Positions 37,407-46,458 of a stretch of 64,000 bases of DNA are shown piece after piece; positions within the stretch are counted from its first letter, which is position 1; each line of letters opens with the position of its first letter. The notes under the pieces were generated by a model, which worked only from the letters and a program-made list of their open reading frames with translations, was not told the DNA's origin and searched no databases. The stretch covers positions 1 through 64,000 of the forward strand of contig JBBQXJ010000005.1 in NCBI GenBank assembly GCA_038209745.1, read 5' to 3'. The position numbers and the translations under genes were made by a program. Origin of the DNA: Verrucomicrobiota bacterium. Lineage in GTDB: Bacteria; Verrucomicrobiota; Verrucomicrobiia; Limisphaerales; CANJSG01.

Positions 37407-38912
37407 ATGCCGGATATTGTCTATCTCCTCATCGGCGTCGTTATAGGCGCGGTTCTCGGTTGCCTCGCCGGCTACGTGCTGGCCCTGCGCAAAGGCGGCG
37501 CACCACCCGACCAGCGCATCGAGAATGAACTCCGCCAACAAGTCGCCCAGCGCGAGGCCGCTCTCGCCGAGCAGCGCCGCCAGGCCGCAGAAGCCTCCAA
37601 TGCCCGCGCGGGCGCCGAGGCCAGCCAACGCGGTGCCGAAGCCGCCGCCGCCGAGAGCCGCACCCAGCTCCAGCGCAGCGAGACGGACCTCGCCGCCCTC
37701 CGCAACGAGCTGACCCACGTCGCCCAGAAGCGCGCCGCCGCCGAAGCGGAGCGCGACGCCGCCAACCAGCGGATCACGGCCCAGCAGGCTGAAATGGATC
37801 GCCGTTTCCTGGATCTCCAAAGGGCCCAGGACAAGGCCTTGGTCGATCTTCGCCTCAGCTTCCAGGCGCTCAGCACCGAGGCCTTGCAGAAGTCGCAGCC
37901 GGAGTTTCTCCGCCTCGCCAACGAGACGCTCGGCAAGTTCCAGGAACAGGCCAAGGGCGACCTCGCCCAGCGGCAGCAGGCCATCGCCACTCTGGTCGAG
38001 CCTCTCAAGCAGACGCTCACCACCTACCAGCAGCGCCTGCAACAAGCCGAGCAGGCCCAGTCCTCCACGCTGGGCGAAGTGAAGAAGCAGCTCGAACTCC
38101 TCGCCGTCCAAAGCCAGTCCCTCTCGTCGGAAACGCTCCAGCTCCGCCGCGTGCTCAGCTCGAACCAGGCGCGGGGACGTTGGGGCGAAGACACGTTGCG
38201 GCGCGTGGTCGAAGCCTCCGGCATGAGCGTCCACTGCGAGTTCGAGGAACAGGCGGTGGCCGGTGACGCCAAGCCCGACATGGTCGTCCGCCTGCCCGGC
38301 GATCGCTTCATCATCGTGGACGCCAAAGTGCCGGATCTCGACTTCCTCCAGGCCCTGGACGAGGCCGACTCCACCAAACGCGCCGCAGCTCTCGGCGCCC
38401 ATGCGGCCAAGCTGAAGAGCACGATCAAAGCCCTCGCCGACCGCGACTATCCTTCCCAGTTCCCCGACGCTCTCGACCACGTCGTGCTTTTCGTCCCGGC
38501 CGAATCCCTTTTCAGCGCCGCGCTGGAAGGCGACCGCGACCTGCTCATCTGGGCCGCCCAAAAGCGCATCCTCCTCGCCACGCCCGCCTCGCTCATCGCG
38601 CTCCTGCGCTCGGTCGCCGTGAGCTGGCAGCAGCATGAACAGACCAAGAATGCCCGCGACATCGCCATCGCCGCCGGCGAACTCTTTCAACGCGTGGTGA
38701 AGTTCACCGAACATTTCGACGCCATCCGCGCCGGACTCGAACGGGCCAACAAGTCCTACAACGACGCCGTCGGCAGCTACGAACGCATGGTCCGCCCCAG
38801 CGGTGAACGCGTGCTCAAGCTCGGTGGAGGCCAAGTGGAGAAGCCCTTGGAAGAGATCGCCCCGATCCAGACCCCGCTTCGTCTACCGCCCGTTCCCGCG
38901 ACGGAACCCTAG
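37407..38912 (+). CDS. rmuC: DNA recombination protein RmuC
   Basis: N-terminal TM and coiled coil; RGRWGE, PD.VV.LP, DAK and FVPAE motifs. Confidence 0.92.
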   Translation: MPDIVYLLIGVVIGAVLGCLAGYVLALRKGGAPPDQRIENELRQQVAQREAALAEQRRQAAEASNARAGAEASQRGAEAAAAESRTQLQRSETDLAALRNELTHVAQKRAAAEAERDAANQRITAQQAEMDRRFLDLQRAQDKALVDLRLSFQALSTEALQKSQPEFLRLANETLGKFQEQAKGDLAQRQQAIATLVEPLKQTLTTYQQRLQQAEQAQSSTLGEVKKQLELLAVQSQSLSSETLQLRRVLSSNQARGRWGEDTLRRVVEASGMSVHCEFEEQAVAGDAKPDMVVRLPGDRFIIVDAKVPDLDFLQALDEADSTKRAAALGAHAAKLKSTIKALADRDYPSQFPDALDHVVLFVPAESLFSAALEGDRDLLIWAAQKRILLATPASLIALLRSVAVSWQQHEQTKNARDIAIAAGELFQRVVKFTEHFDAIRAGLERANKSYNDAVGSYERMVRPSGERVLKLGGGQVEKPLEEIAPIQTPLRLPPVPATEP

Positions 38913-38944
38913 ATCGAGCTTCATCGACCAAGCCCGGCAACGAA

Positions 38945-38975
38945 AACGCCCGACCGTTTGACGCGGTCGGGCGTT
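38945..38975. terminator. Hairpin between convergent genes
   Basis: AACGCCCGACCG-TTTGACG-CGGTCGGGCGTT. Confidence 0.65.
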
Positions 38976-39002
38976 GCGGTTTCGAATCGTCGAGGGCGTC
39001 TC

Positions 39003-41543
39003 TCAGCGGAACATCTTGTTCGCTTTGTCGCCTCGGCTGAGGAGGTAGGAGGTCAGGTCGAGGATTTCGTCCTGCTTCAGCACGTTCAACAGGCCCTCGG
39101 GCATCGGAGAGGTCTTGGAGGGCGCGATCTTGACGATGTTCTGGCGCTTGACGTTCGTGAAATTGCCGGGGTCGAACATGTTCTCGGCGATGTTCAGGTC
39201 GTCGCCGTTCAAGTTCGCGATGCGTCCGACGACTTCGTCCCCGTTCTTCAGGGTGATGACGACGTTCCCGTATTGGTCGCTGATCTCCTTGTTCGGAAGG
39301 ACGATCGATTCCAGCAGGTCGCGGGGGCTGAAGCGCCCTCCGATGCCGGTAAGATCGGGCCCGACCGCTCCGCCCTCGGTGGAGAAACGATGGCAGGCGG
39401 AGCAAAGGGCGCCGAAGAGCTCGTGGCCCCGGTCGAAATTGCGGCCGCTCTTCAACCCCTTGTCGAGAGCGGGGGCGAGATCGCCGAGGGTCCATTCCTT
39501 GACCGTCTGGCGGCCCGCGAGCGCGGCTCCGGGCGGCTTGATCACCGGCTGAGCGTCGATGATCGGCTTGAGCTCCGCCATCTCGGCGGGGCTGAGGTTC
39601 GCGACAGCGTCCTTCTTCATGTCGCGCAGGAAGCCACGAAGGCTCGCTCCACCGCGGAAGCTGGCCGCATCAAGAAACCAGGCGAAGTAGGCCTTGTGCA
39701 GTTCCGGGGTCCATCCGTGCTTCAACACCCGGAGGAACCGCGCGTAGTCGAGTTGCTCTTCCTGGACACGCGAAGACTTCAGCGCGGCCATGATCTTGGT
39801 CGCGGCGTCCGAGGCGTCGAGATAGACGAGCATCTGGGCCAGTTCGGCATTGAGATGACGGCTGCCGCTGGGGAAGTGCGGATCGAACTTGCCGACCAGG
39901 CGCGCGCGCCAGGCCAGATCGGGTTCGCCCAGCCGGGTGAAGGCGAGACTGAAGGCGCGGAGCAGATCAATCTGCTGGCGCTCGTTGAGCTTGCTCCAGT
40001 CGATCCGATCCAGCGTGGTCAGGATGCGGTCCGCGAGCTTCGGATCCGGCTTCGGATCGGTGGCCTTGCGATGGACGGAGTCGAGGCTGCTGACGCGGGC
40101 GAGGGCGATCATCGCCTCGATGGCGGTGTCGGGATCGGTTGCGGCGAGAGCCTTTTCGCTCCACTGCGCCGCCGGCTGCCATTCCAGCGCAACGCGGGCC
40201 GCGAAGCGCAGGTTGCGATCTGGGCTGCCGAGAAATTTCCAGGCATCGGCGACGGCGGCCGGATCCTGATGACCGTGGAAGCTCTCCAGATGGCGCCGAG
40301 CCGCGAGGGCCGGGCGCATCATCTTGTTCTGCTTCACCAGGGAGGTGGACTCGGTGCCGGTGTAGGTCACGCGGTAGAGACCGGACTGGGTCCGGCGACC
40401 GCCGATGGTGAAGTAGAGGGCGTGGTCGGCCGGATTGACCACGATGTCGGTCAGGGGCAGAGGAGAACCGGTGATGAACTCCTCCTTCTCGGCGGTGTAA
40501 CCGGCGCCGTCGGGCTTCAGGTGGATGGCGTAGAGTTTTCCGTAGCTCCAGTCGTTTATGAAGAAGGCTTCCTGATATTTCGCGGGGAAAGCGGCCCCGT
40601 AGCCGAAGCTGACGCCGGTCGGAGAACCGGGGCCGATGTCGATGACGGAGCCAAGGCTGTCCGGGTAGTAGTCGGGCCACTTGCCGGCGCCGCTGCGCCA
40701 ACCAAACTCTCCTCCGCTGGCGACGAAGTTCACCCGCGTCGGCCGATACCACGGCGTGTTCATGTCCCACTCCATGTCGGCGTCGAAGGTGAAGAGGTCG
40801 CCATCGCGGTTGTAGGCGGCGTCATATTCGTTGCGGAACCCGTTCGCCATCAGCTCCCATTGGCTGCCGTCCGGGCTCATCCGTGCGATCCAGCCGCCGG
40901 GGGCCAGGGTGCCCTTCATGAAGCCGTTGCCGTCCCAGAGGCGGGGCAGGAGATGGTCTTCGCTCCAGCGCAGGGGCACGCGCGACGAATCGATCTTGGT
41001 CAGGGCGGTCTGGTCGCCGACGACGATGGTCAGCGTTTTGCCGTCGGGCGAAAGGACGATGGAGTGGGGGCCGTGTTCACCGCCGCCTTCGAGCTTGCGC
41101 AGCAGTTTTACCTCGTCGAACTGGTCGTTTCCCTTGGTGTCGCGCACCCGATAGATTCCCCGTCCTTGGTAGGCGTCGTTGGCCACCATCACGTAGAGGC
41201 TGTCGAAGGCGTAAAGGAGCCCCTGCGCCTCGCCCACCTCGACGGCGAGCTTCTCGACCTTGGCCGCACCAGACGAGCCGATGGGCGCGGGCGTGATCCG
41301 GAAGAGCCCGCCGTATTGATCAGAAACGATCAGGCGACCCTTCGGATCGGGCGTCATGGCGACCCAGGAACCTTCCTGGTCCTTGGGCACATTGTGGATG
41401 AGCTCGACCTTGAACCCCTTGGCGACGGTCAACGAGCCGGGAGCGGTCGCGGAGGCGCCGTAATCGGCGGCATAGACGGAAAAGCCGAGCAAACCGGTGG
41501 CGGCGAGCAAACCGGTCCAAGATTTCAGATTGGCAGATGACAT
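39003..41543 (-). CDS. PVC-type beta-propeller, HEAT-repeat and c-type heme protein
   Basis: Signal peptide, GFRNEYD, and C-terminal CSACH…GPDLT…SPMPEGL. Confidence 0.88.
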   Translation of the reverse strand: MSSANLKSWTGLLAATGLLGFSVYAADYGASATAPGSLTVAKGFKVELIHNVPKDQEGSWVAMTPDPKGRLIVSDQYGGLFRITPAPIGSSGAAKVEKLAVEVGEAQGLLYAFDSLYVMVANDAYQGRGIYRVRDTKGNDQFDEVKLLRKLEGGGEHGPHSIVLSPDGKTLTIVVGDQTALTKIDSSRVPLRWSEDHLLPRLWDGNGFMKGTLAPGGWIARMSPDGSQWELMANGFRNEYDAAYNRDGDLFTFDADMEWDMNTPWYRPTRVNFVASGGEFGWRSGAGKWPDYYPDSLGSVIDIGPGSPTGVSFGYGAAFPAKYQEAFFINDWSYGKLYAIHLKPDGAGYTAEKEEFITGSPLPLTDIVVNPADHALYFTIGGRRTQSGLYRVTYTGTESTSLVKQNKMMRPALAARRHLESFHGHQDPAAVADAWKFLGSPDRNLRFAARVALEWQPAAQWSEKALAATDPDTAIEAMIALARVSSLDSVHRKATDPKPDPKLADRILTTLDRIDWSKLNERQQIDLLRAFSLAFTRLGEPDLAWRARLVGKFDPHFPSGSRHLNAELAQMLVYLDASDAATKIMAALKSSRVQEEQLDYARFLRVLKHGWTPELHKAYFAWFLDAASFRGGASLRGFLRDMKKDAVANLSPAEMAELKPIIDAQPVIKPPGAALAGRQTVKEWTLGDLAPALDKGLKSGRNFDRGHELFGALCSACHRFSTEGGAVGPDLTGIGGRFSPRDLLESIVLPNKEISDQYGNVVITLKNGDEVVGRIANLNGDDLNIAENMFDPGNFTNVKRQNIVKIAPSKTSPMPEGLLNVLKQDEILDLTSYLLSRGDKANKMFR

Positions 41544-41743
41544 GGTGATGGAGGGAAGTTATCCAGAAGCCTAGGGGGGATGTAAAGAAACCCAAATGGG
41601 TCTATCGGATCGTCCTAAAACCGCCGTTCGCGCCTTCCGGGCAGAAAGAAAGCACGGCTGCAGCACAAAATCCCTCGCCACCATGCTGCGCCGCATCCGC
41701 GAATCTCTTTGGCAACCGCCGGCGCCTTTTCCACCCTCGACGA

Positions 41744-42382
41744 ATGAACCGCTCCGAGATCCTCGCCCAATTGACCGCCGCCAAGATCGTCGCCGTCATC
41801 CGCGCCAAACGCACCGACCAGGCCCTGCCCCTCTGCCGCGCGCTCGTCGCCGGCGGGGTGACCAATCTGGAGATCACCATGACCACGCCGAATGCGCTCC
41901 AAGCCATCCGCGAAGTGGCGGCAGCGCTGGGCGGACAAGCCTTGGTCGGCGTCGGCACGATCCTCGACGCGGCCACGGCCACGGCGGCGATCGAAGCCGG
42001 CGCCCAATTTGTGGTCACCCCGATCATGCGTCCGGACATCGCCAAAGCCGCCCACGCGCTGGACAAACCCGTCATGCTCGGCGCCTACACGCCCACCGAG
42101 GCCCAACTCGCCCACGAAGCCGGCGCCGACTGCGTCAAGCTCTTCCCCGCCGAAGGCCTCGGCCTCGCCTACATCAAATCCCTTCGCGCCCCGTTGCCGC
42201 ACTTGAAGATCGTCCCCACCGGCGGCGTGGACCTGAACAACGTGGCCGACTTCTTCGCCGCCGGCTGCACGGCGGTCGGCGTCGGCTCCAGCCTGATCAG
42301 CGCCCACGTGCTGGCCAACGACGACTGGGAGGCATTGACGAGGAAAGCGGCGGAATTTTCCGCGAAGGTGCAAGGGCTGTAG
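41744..42382 (+). CDS. eda: KDPG/KHG aldolase
   Basis: EIT, GAQFVVTP, TPTE, VKLFPA and PTGGV motifs. Confidence 0.92.
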   Translation: MNRSEILAQLTAAKIVAVIRAKRTDQALPLCRALVAGGVTNLEITMTTPNALQAIREVAAALGGQALVGVGTILDAATATAAIEAGAQFVVTPIMRPDIAKAAHALDKPVMLGAYTPTEAQLAHEAGADCVKLFPAEGLGLAYIKSLRAPLPHLKIVPTGGVDLNNVADFFAAGCTAVGVGSSLISAHVLANDDWEALTRKAAEFSAKVQGL

Positions 42383-42519
42383 CCGTCGTTGCTATTCTCT
42401 CCACCCGGAGACCGTGTTCTCAACGGAACGCGGTCACGGAGAATTCTGCTGCCACAGAACTTCGATTAGACGCAACTCCATCAAGACAGATCCATTTTCG
42501 AACCGACCCGCGCCAAATC

Positions 42520-42918
42520 ATGCAAGGCAGACTCCCCAGCATCCTGACCGTCGGATTCCTTTTGGCCGGTTGCGCCACGAACCCGTCTCGGCCCCTCGCG
42601 GACCCATCGAGGGCAGCTGAAGTCGTGGTGATCCACCAGGACTCCATCCTCTGCGGCGCGGATATTTTCGGCAAAGTGACGGTTGACGGATATGTCGTAG
42701 CCACCCTTTTCCCCGGAAAATACGTCCGTCTGAAGCTGGATGCGGGCGTCCATCGCATCGGCACCACGGATGGGAGCGCACCGTTTCATCTCGAGGCAAA
42801 CCGACACTACTTCTTTGTGGTGACCGCCGGCTACAGAGGCATCTTCACCACTGAACGGATCGACGGGGCGGTCGCGACCAAGTTCCTGCCCATATCCAAA
42901 GCAGCCACGCTCCAGTGA
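42520..42918 (+). CDS. Small lipoprotein (DUF2846-like)
   Basis: Lipobox LLAGC; VTVDG..VATL..G.Y..L.L.AG.H pattern. Confidence 0.7.
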   Translation: MQGRLPSILTVGFLLAGCATNPSRPLADPSRAAEVVVIHQDSILCGADIFGKVTVDGYVVATLFPGKYVRLKLDAGVHRIGTTDGSAPFHLEANRHYFFVVTAGYRGIFTTERIDGAVATKFLPISKAATLQ

Positions 42919-43016
42919 GTCTACGGAGCGGGTTCAGGTCGATTCGGCCAAAAGCGGTCGTCTCCGATCAGAAGACGGACGCCGGAGATAGCCGCCCGTC
43001 TCTCGCCTCCGTCTCC

Positions 43017-43434
43017 GCATGAACAACCTCTTGAGCCTCCACATTTAGAGAGCTTGGCCAAGCGGGCGATCTGGAAGCCGGGGAGCTTGCGGCGGCGCAG
43101 GGCCAGGACTCGGAGGACCCGCAGACGATGGAGGCCGTCCGGGGAGCGTTTTGGCCTAGAAGAACGGGTCTCAAGACCGCAGTGCCATCGGCGCGGAAAC
43201 GGGCCAGCCACTTCTGGGCCGAGCCGACCGCGATCCCGAACCCGAACCCGGCGGCGACCTCGGCGACGGGCTGGCGGAGTTCCACGATGCGCTTTACCAG
43301 TTCGGCTCGACCCAGCGGGGTGAGCTTGGCATTGCTATGGGCGTTCATGCGGGGGTGGTTCCTAGATCGGTGTTGTTTTCACAATCCCATCGGTCCAGCT
43401 CCGCCTCGCATGAACACCCTCCCGGAACATCACA
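43017..43434 (-). mobile_element. IS481-family remnant (left end, frameshifted 5' transposase, and a second IS481-type end)
   Basis: End TGTGATGTTCCGGGAGGGTGTTCAT at 43434. MNAHSNAKLTPLGR…KWLARF starts at 43348, then shifts frame to RSSRPKRSP. It is cut at 43043 by TGTGGAGGCTCAAGAGGTTGTTCAT. Confidence 0.8.
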
Positions 43435-43567
43435 GCTAGCCAAATCTCCCCGCCTTGTGGCTCAGCGTCTTCGGCCGTAGGAAAAAAGACCCTTCCCATC
43501 GACCCTCATCTCGCGAGATTGCCCTTGCCATTGATCGGGTCTGGTGGCAGAAATTCAGACCCTTGAT

Positions 43568-43644
<77 letters not shown>

Positions 43645-43657
43645 ATTTCAAATCGTG

Positions 43658-43701
43658 AAGTCCCGTGACTGTTGAAGACAGCGCGGGATTTCCGCTTTTT
43701 C
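43658..43701 (+). terminator. Probable terminator after tRNA-fMet
   Basis: AAGTCCCGTG…CGCGGGATTT hairpin followed by CTTTTT. Confidence 0.5.
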
Positions 43702-43710
43702 AGGGATCAA

Positions 43711-43752
43711 CTCCAGTCCACAGCCTCCAGTCCACAGCCTCCAGTCCACAGC
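43711..43752. repeat. Tandem repeat (CTCCAGTCCACAGC)x3
   Basis: Three exact 14-bp units. Confidence 0.9.
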
Positions 43753-43849
43753 CGCAGCCCGGAAATGGTCGGTCGACTTCGCAATCGCCTCCCGTGGATT
43801 TCACCGCGACTCTGGCGTTCGCAATCCAGCCTCCTTCGCGCGGCATCCC

Positions 43850-44638
43850 ATGAACCCAGGACCAGTGACGTTATCTCTCCGGAGCCTGACCAAACGCTTC
43901 GGCTCACAGATCGCGGTCGACGCGCTCACCTTCGACGTTCCCGCGGGCCAGATCGTCGGGTTCCTCGGACCGAACGGCGCCGGGAAGTCGACGACATTGA
44001 AAATGCTGACCGGGATGCTCCAACCGACCGCCGGTTCCGCCACGGTCTGCGGCTTCGACCTCGCGACCCAGGCCATCGAAGTGAAGCGCCACATCGGCTT
44101 CGTGCCGGACTCGGGCGCGGTCTTCGAATCGCTGTCCGGACTCGAGTATCTGGAGATGGTCGCCTCCCTCTATGCGATTCCGCCACGCGCCGCGTTGGAG
44201 CGGATCCGCCAGTTCATCGCCTTCTTCGACCTCAGCTTCGAGACCCTGACCGACAAGCTGCTGGGCGCATATTCCAAGGGCATGCGGCGCAAGGTCGTGA
44301 TCACCGCCGCCCTCCTCCACAATCCGCAGGTCGTCTTCTTCGATGAACCTCTGGACGGGCTGGACGCCAACGCGGCCGTCGGATTCAAGGCGCTGATCCA
44401 GACTCTGGCCAGAGAGGGCAAGACCATCGTCTACAGCTCCCACGTCCTCGACGTGGTGGAGCGGGTTTGCGACCGCGTGATCATCATCGACAAAGGGCGC
44501 CTCTTGCTCGACGGCAAACCGGACCAACTGGTGGCCGAGCATCGGTCAGGCACCTTGGAACGGCTCTTCACGGATCTGACCGGCGGGGCGGAACTGGAAC
44601 GGCGCGCGGAAGACTTCGGCCGCACTTTCCGGCAATGA
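43850..44638 (+). CDS. ABC transporter ATP-binding protein
   Basis: GPNGAGKST, YSKGM, FFDEP and SSH motifs. Confidence 0.95.
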   Translation: MNPGPVTLSLRSLTKRFGSQIAVDALTFDVPAGQIVGFLGPNGAGKSTTLKMLTGMLQPTAGSATVCGFDLATQAIEVKRHIGFVPDSGAVFESLSGLEYLEMVASLYAIPPRAALERIRQFIAFFDLSFETLTDKLLGAYSKGMRRKVVITAALLHNPQVVFFDEPLDGLDANAAVGFKALIQTLAREGKTIVYSSHVLDVVERVCDRVIIIDKGRLLLDGKPDQLVAEHRSGTLERLFTDLTGGAELERRAEDFGRTFRQ

Positions 44639-46287
44639 GCGACGTCGTCACCCAGCCTCCGCCCATCCCGCCGGACCCGCCAGCGCCACCGGTCCGGAAA
44701 GCGTTGCGCCGTCTCTATCTGACCTTGTTTCTGCGCGGGCGATCGTCGCGGGGACTGCAGAAGGGCAAGGCCCCACAATCGATCGGATCGAAGCTGGCGC
44801 TAAGCCTGTTCTTCTACGCCTTGATGGGATTGATGGCGCTCTTCTTCCTGCGCCACACGGTCCATGTGATGTCGGTCTATCTCCACGCGATGACCCAGGT
44901 CTTCCTCGGGTTGTTCCTCTCGGCTTCGGCGGGGGAGATCCTGTTCAACAAGGAGGAGGGCGACATTCTCCTGCACCGTCCGATCAAGCCCGGCGTGCTG
45001 CTCTGGGCCAAGATCGGCGTCATGGTGGAGGTGTCCCTCTGGCTGGCCGGCGCCTTCAATCTGGCGGGCCTGGTCGGCGGCGTGTTCGTCAAAGACGGAG
45101 GCTGGATGTTCCCCGTGGTCCACGTGGTGTCCACCGCGTTGAGCGCATTGTTCTGCGCCGGCTCGGTGGTGTTGATCTACCAGTTGTGCCTTCGCTGGTT
45201 CGGCCGCGAAAAGCTGGATGGTCTGATGACCACGGCCCAAGTGCTGGTGGCGATCGTGGCGGTGACCGCCGGGCAAATCCTGCCCCGCATGATGGGCCGC
45301 ATGGGCGATCAAGTGGCCGCTGCCGCGACTTCCTGGTGGATCGCGATTCTCCCGCCGGCCTGGTTCGCGGCGATGGACGACGCCGTGGCCGGCAGCGGGG
45401 CCACCGCTTCCTGGATGTTGGGCGTTCTCGGCGTGGTCATCACCGCCACGGTGCTGTGGCTGGCCTTTGGCAAACTGGCGGCCACCTACGAATCCGGACT
45501 GCAATCGCTCTCCGAAGCCCAGCCCGCCAGGCCGAGGCTCCCATCGGGACGGGGCGGTCTGGAGCGGTTGCTGGGCTTTGCCCCGTTGCGCTGGTGGCTG
45601 CGCGACCCGGTGGAGCGCGCTTCCTTTCTCCTGTGCGCGGCCTACCTGCTGCGAGACCGGGATGTGAAGCTCCGCGTCTACCCCGGCATCGCCCCGATGC
45701 TGGTTCTGCCCGTCGTTTTTCTCATGGGCGGAACCCGCGGCGGCCCAGGGTCGGGCAACGAGTTCGGCCTGGTCATGGCGGGAGCCTACCTGGGAATCGT
45801 GCCGATCCTCGGGGTCTCGATGCTGCAATACTCGCAACAATGGCAGGCCGCGGACCTGTTCCGCGCCACGCCCTTGGCCGGCCCAGGCCCGCTGTGCCAC
45901 GGCGCTCGGCGCGCCGTCCTGTTCTTCCTGGCCTTGCCGGTTGTGGCCATCGCCATGGTGCTGATGACTCTCATCTCCGGATCGCCGGCTCCTCTGCTGA
46001 TGCTCATCCCAGGTCTGCTCCTGATGCCGGTCTGCTCGATGATCCCCTGCCTTTCAGGCGGTGGCGTTCCGCTCTCGCTCCCGACGGAAGAGGCCAAGTC
46101 CGCCGGCCGTGGCGTGATGATATTCGGCGCCATGATCGGTGCGGCCGTCGTCTCCGGCATGGCGGCGTTCGCCAAGTCATTCGGTTGGTTCTGGCCCTTC
46201 GTCGGCGTGGAGCTGCTGCTCGTGCTGGCCGTCTGCCGTGTCCTCGGCGCGAAGATCCGGTCCGCCCGCTGGAAGCCGATGGAGTAG
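44635..46287 (+). CDS. ABC-2-type exporter permease
   Basis: Multi-TM protein overlapping the ATPase stop codon (ATGA). Confidence 0.8.
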   Translation: MSDVVTQPPPIPPDPPAPPVRKALRRLYLTLFLRGRSSRGLQKGKAPQSIGSKLALSLFFYALMGLMALFFLRHTVHVMSVYLHAMTQVFLGLFLSASAGEILFNKEEGDILLHRPIKPGVLLWAKIGVMVEVSLWLAGAFNLAGLVGGVFVKDGGWMFPVVHVVSTALSALFCAGSVVLIYQLCLRWFGREKLDGLMTTAQVLVAIVAVTAGQILPRMMGRMGDQVAAAATSWWIAILPPAWFAAMDDAVAGSGATASWMLGVLGVVITATVLWLAFGKLAATYESGLQSLSEAQPARPRLPSGRGGLERLLGFAPLRWWLRDPVERASFLLCAAYLLRDRDVKLRVYPGIAPMLVLPVVFLMGGTRGGPGSGNEFGLVMAGAYLGIVPILGVSMLQYSQQWQAADLFRATPLAGPGPLCHGARRAVLFFLALPVVAIAMVLMTLISGSPAPLLMLIPGLLLMPVCSMIPCLSGGGVPLSLPTEEAKSAGRGVMIFGAMIGAAVVSGMAAFAKSFGWFWPFVGVELLLVLAVCRVLGAKIRSARWKPME

Positions 46288-46312
46288 GCCAAGCCGACCC
46301 CCGTTTCAGAAA

Positions 46313-46388
46313 ATAGCCGCCGACGTGAGGAAGCAACGACGGGAGGCATGATAAGCCGTTAAATCCGCCTCGTTACCTCGGCGGCTAC
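46313..46388. repeat. Inverted REP doublet, third GTAG family
   Basis: ATAGCCGCCGACGTGAGGAAGC and reverse-strand GTAGCCGCCGAGGTAACGAGGCGG. Confidence 0.7.
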
Positions 46389-46458
46389 AAAGCGGCGGCC
46401 GCTTCAACAGCGTTCCGATTATGGCCCCGCCTTCTTGGCCGCTGCTTGGATATCCTCG

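Noticed and set aside
34923..38834. 1303-aa antisense ORF, and similar long antisense ORFs such as 2581-4800, 18307-20874 and 38958-41540
   Set aside because: These are mirror frames of real genes, expected in high-GC DNA, and show no recognisable motifs.
42383..42960. Lipoprotein gene as an integron cassette
   Set aside because: No convincing attC (RYYYAAC…GTTRRRY) pair flanks it.
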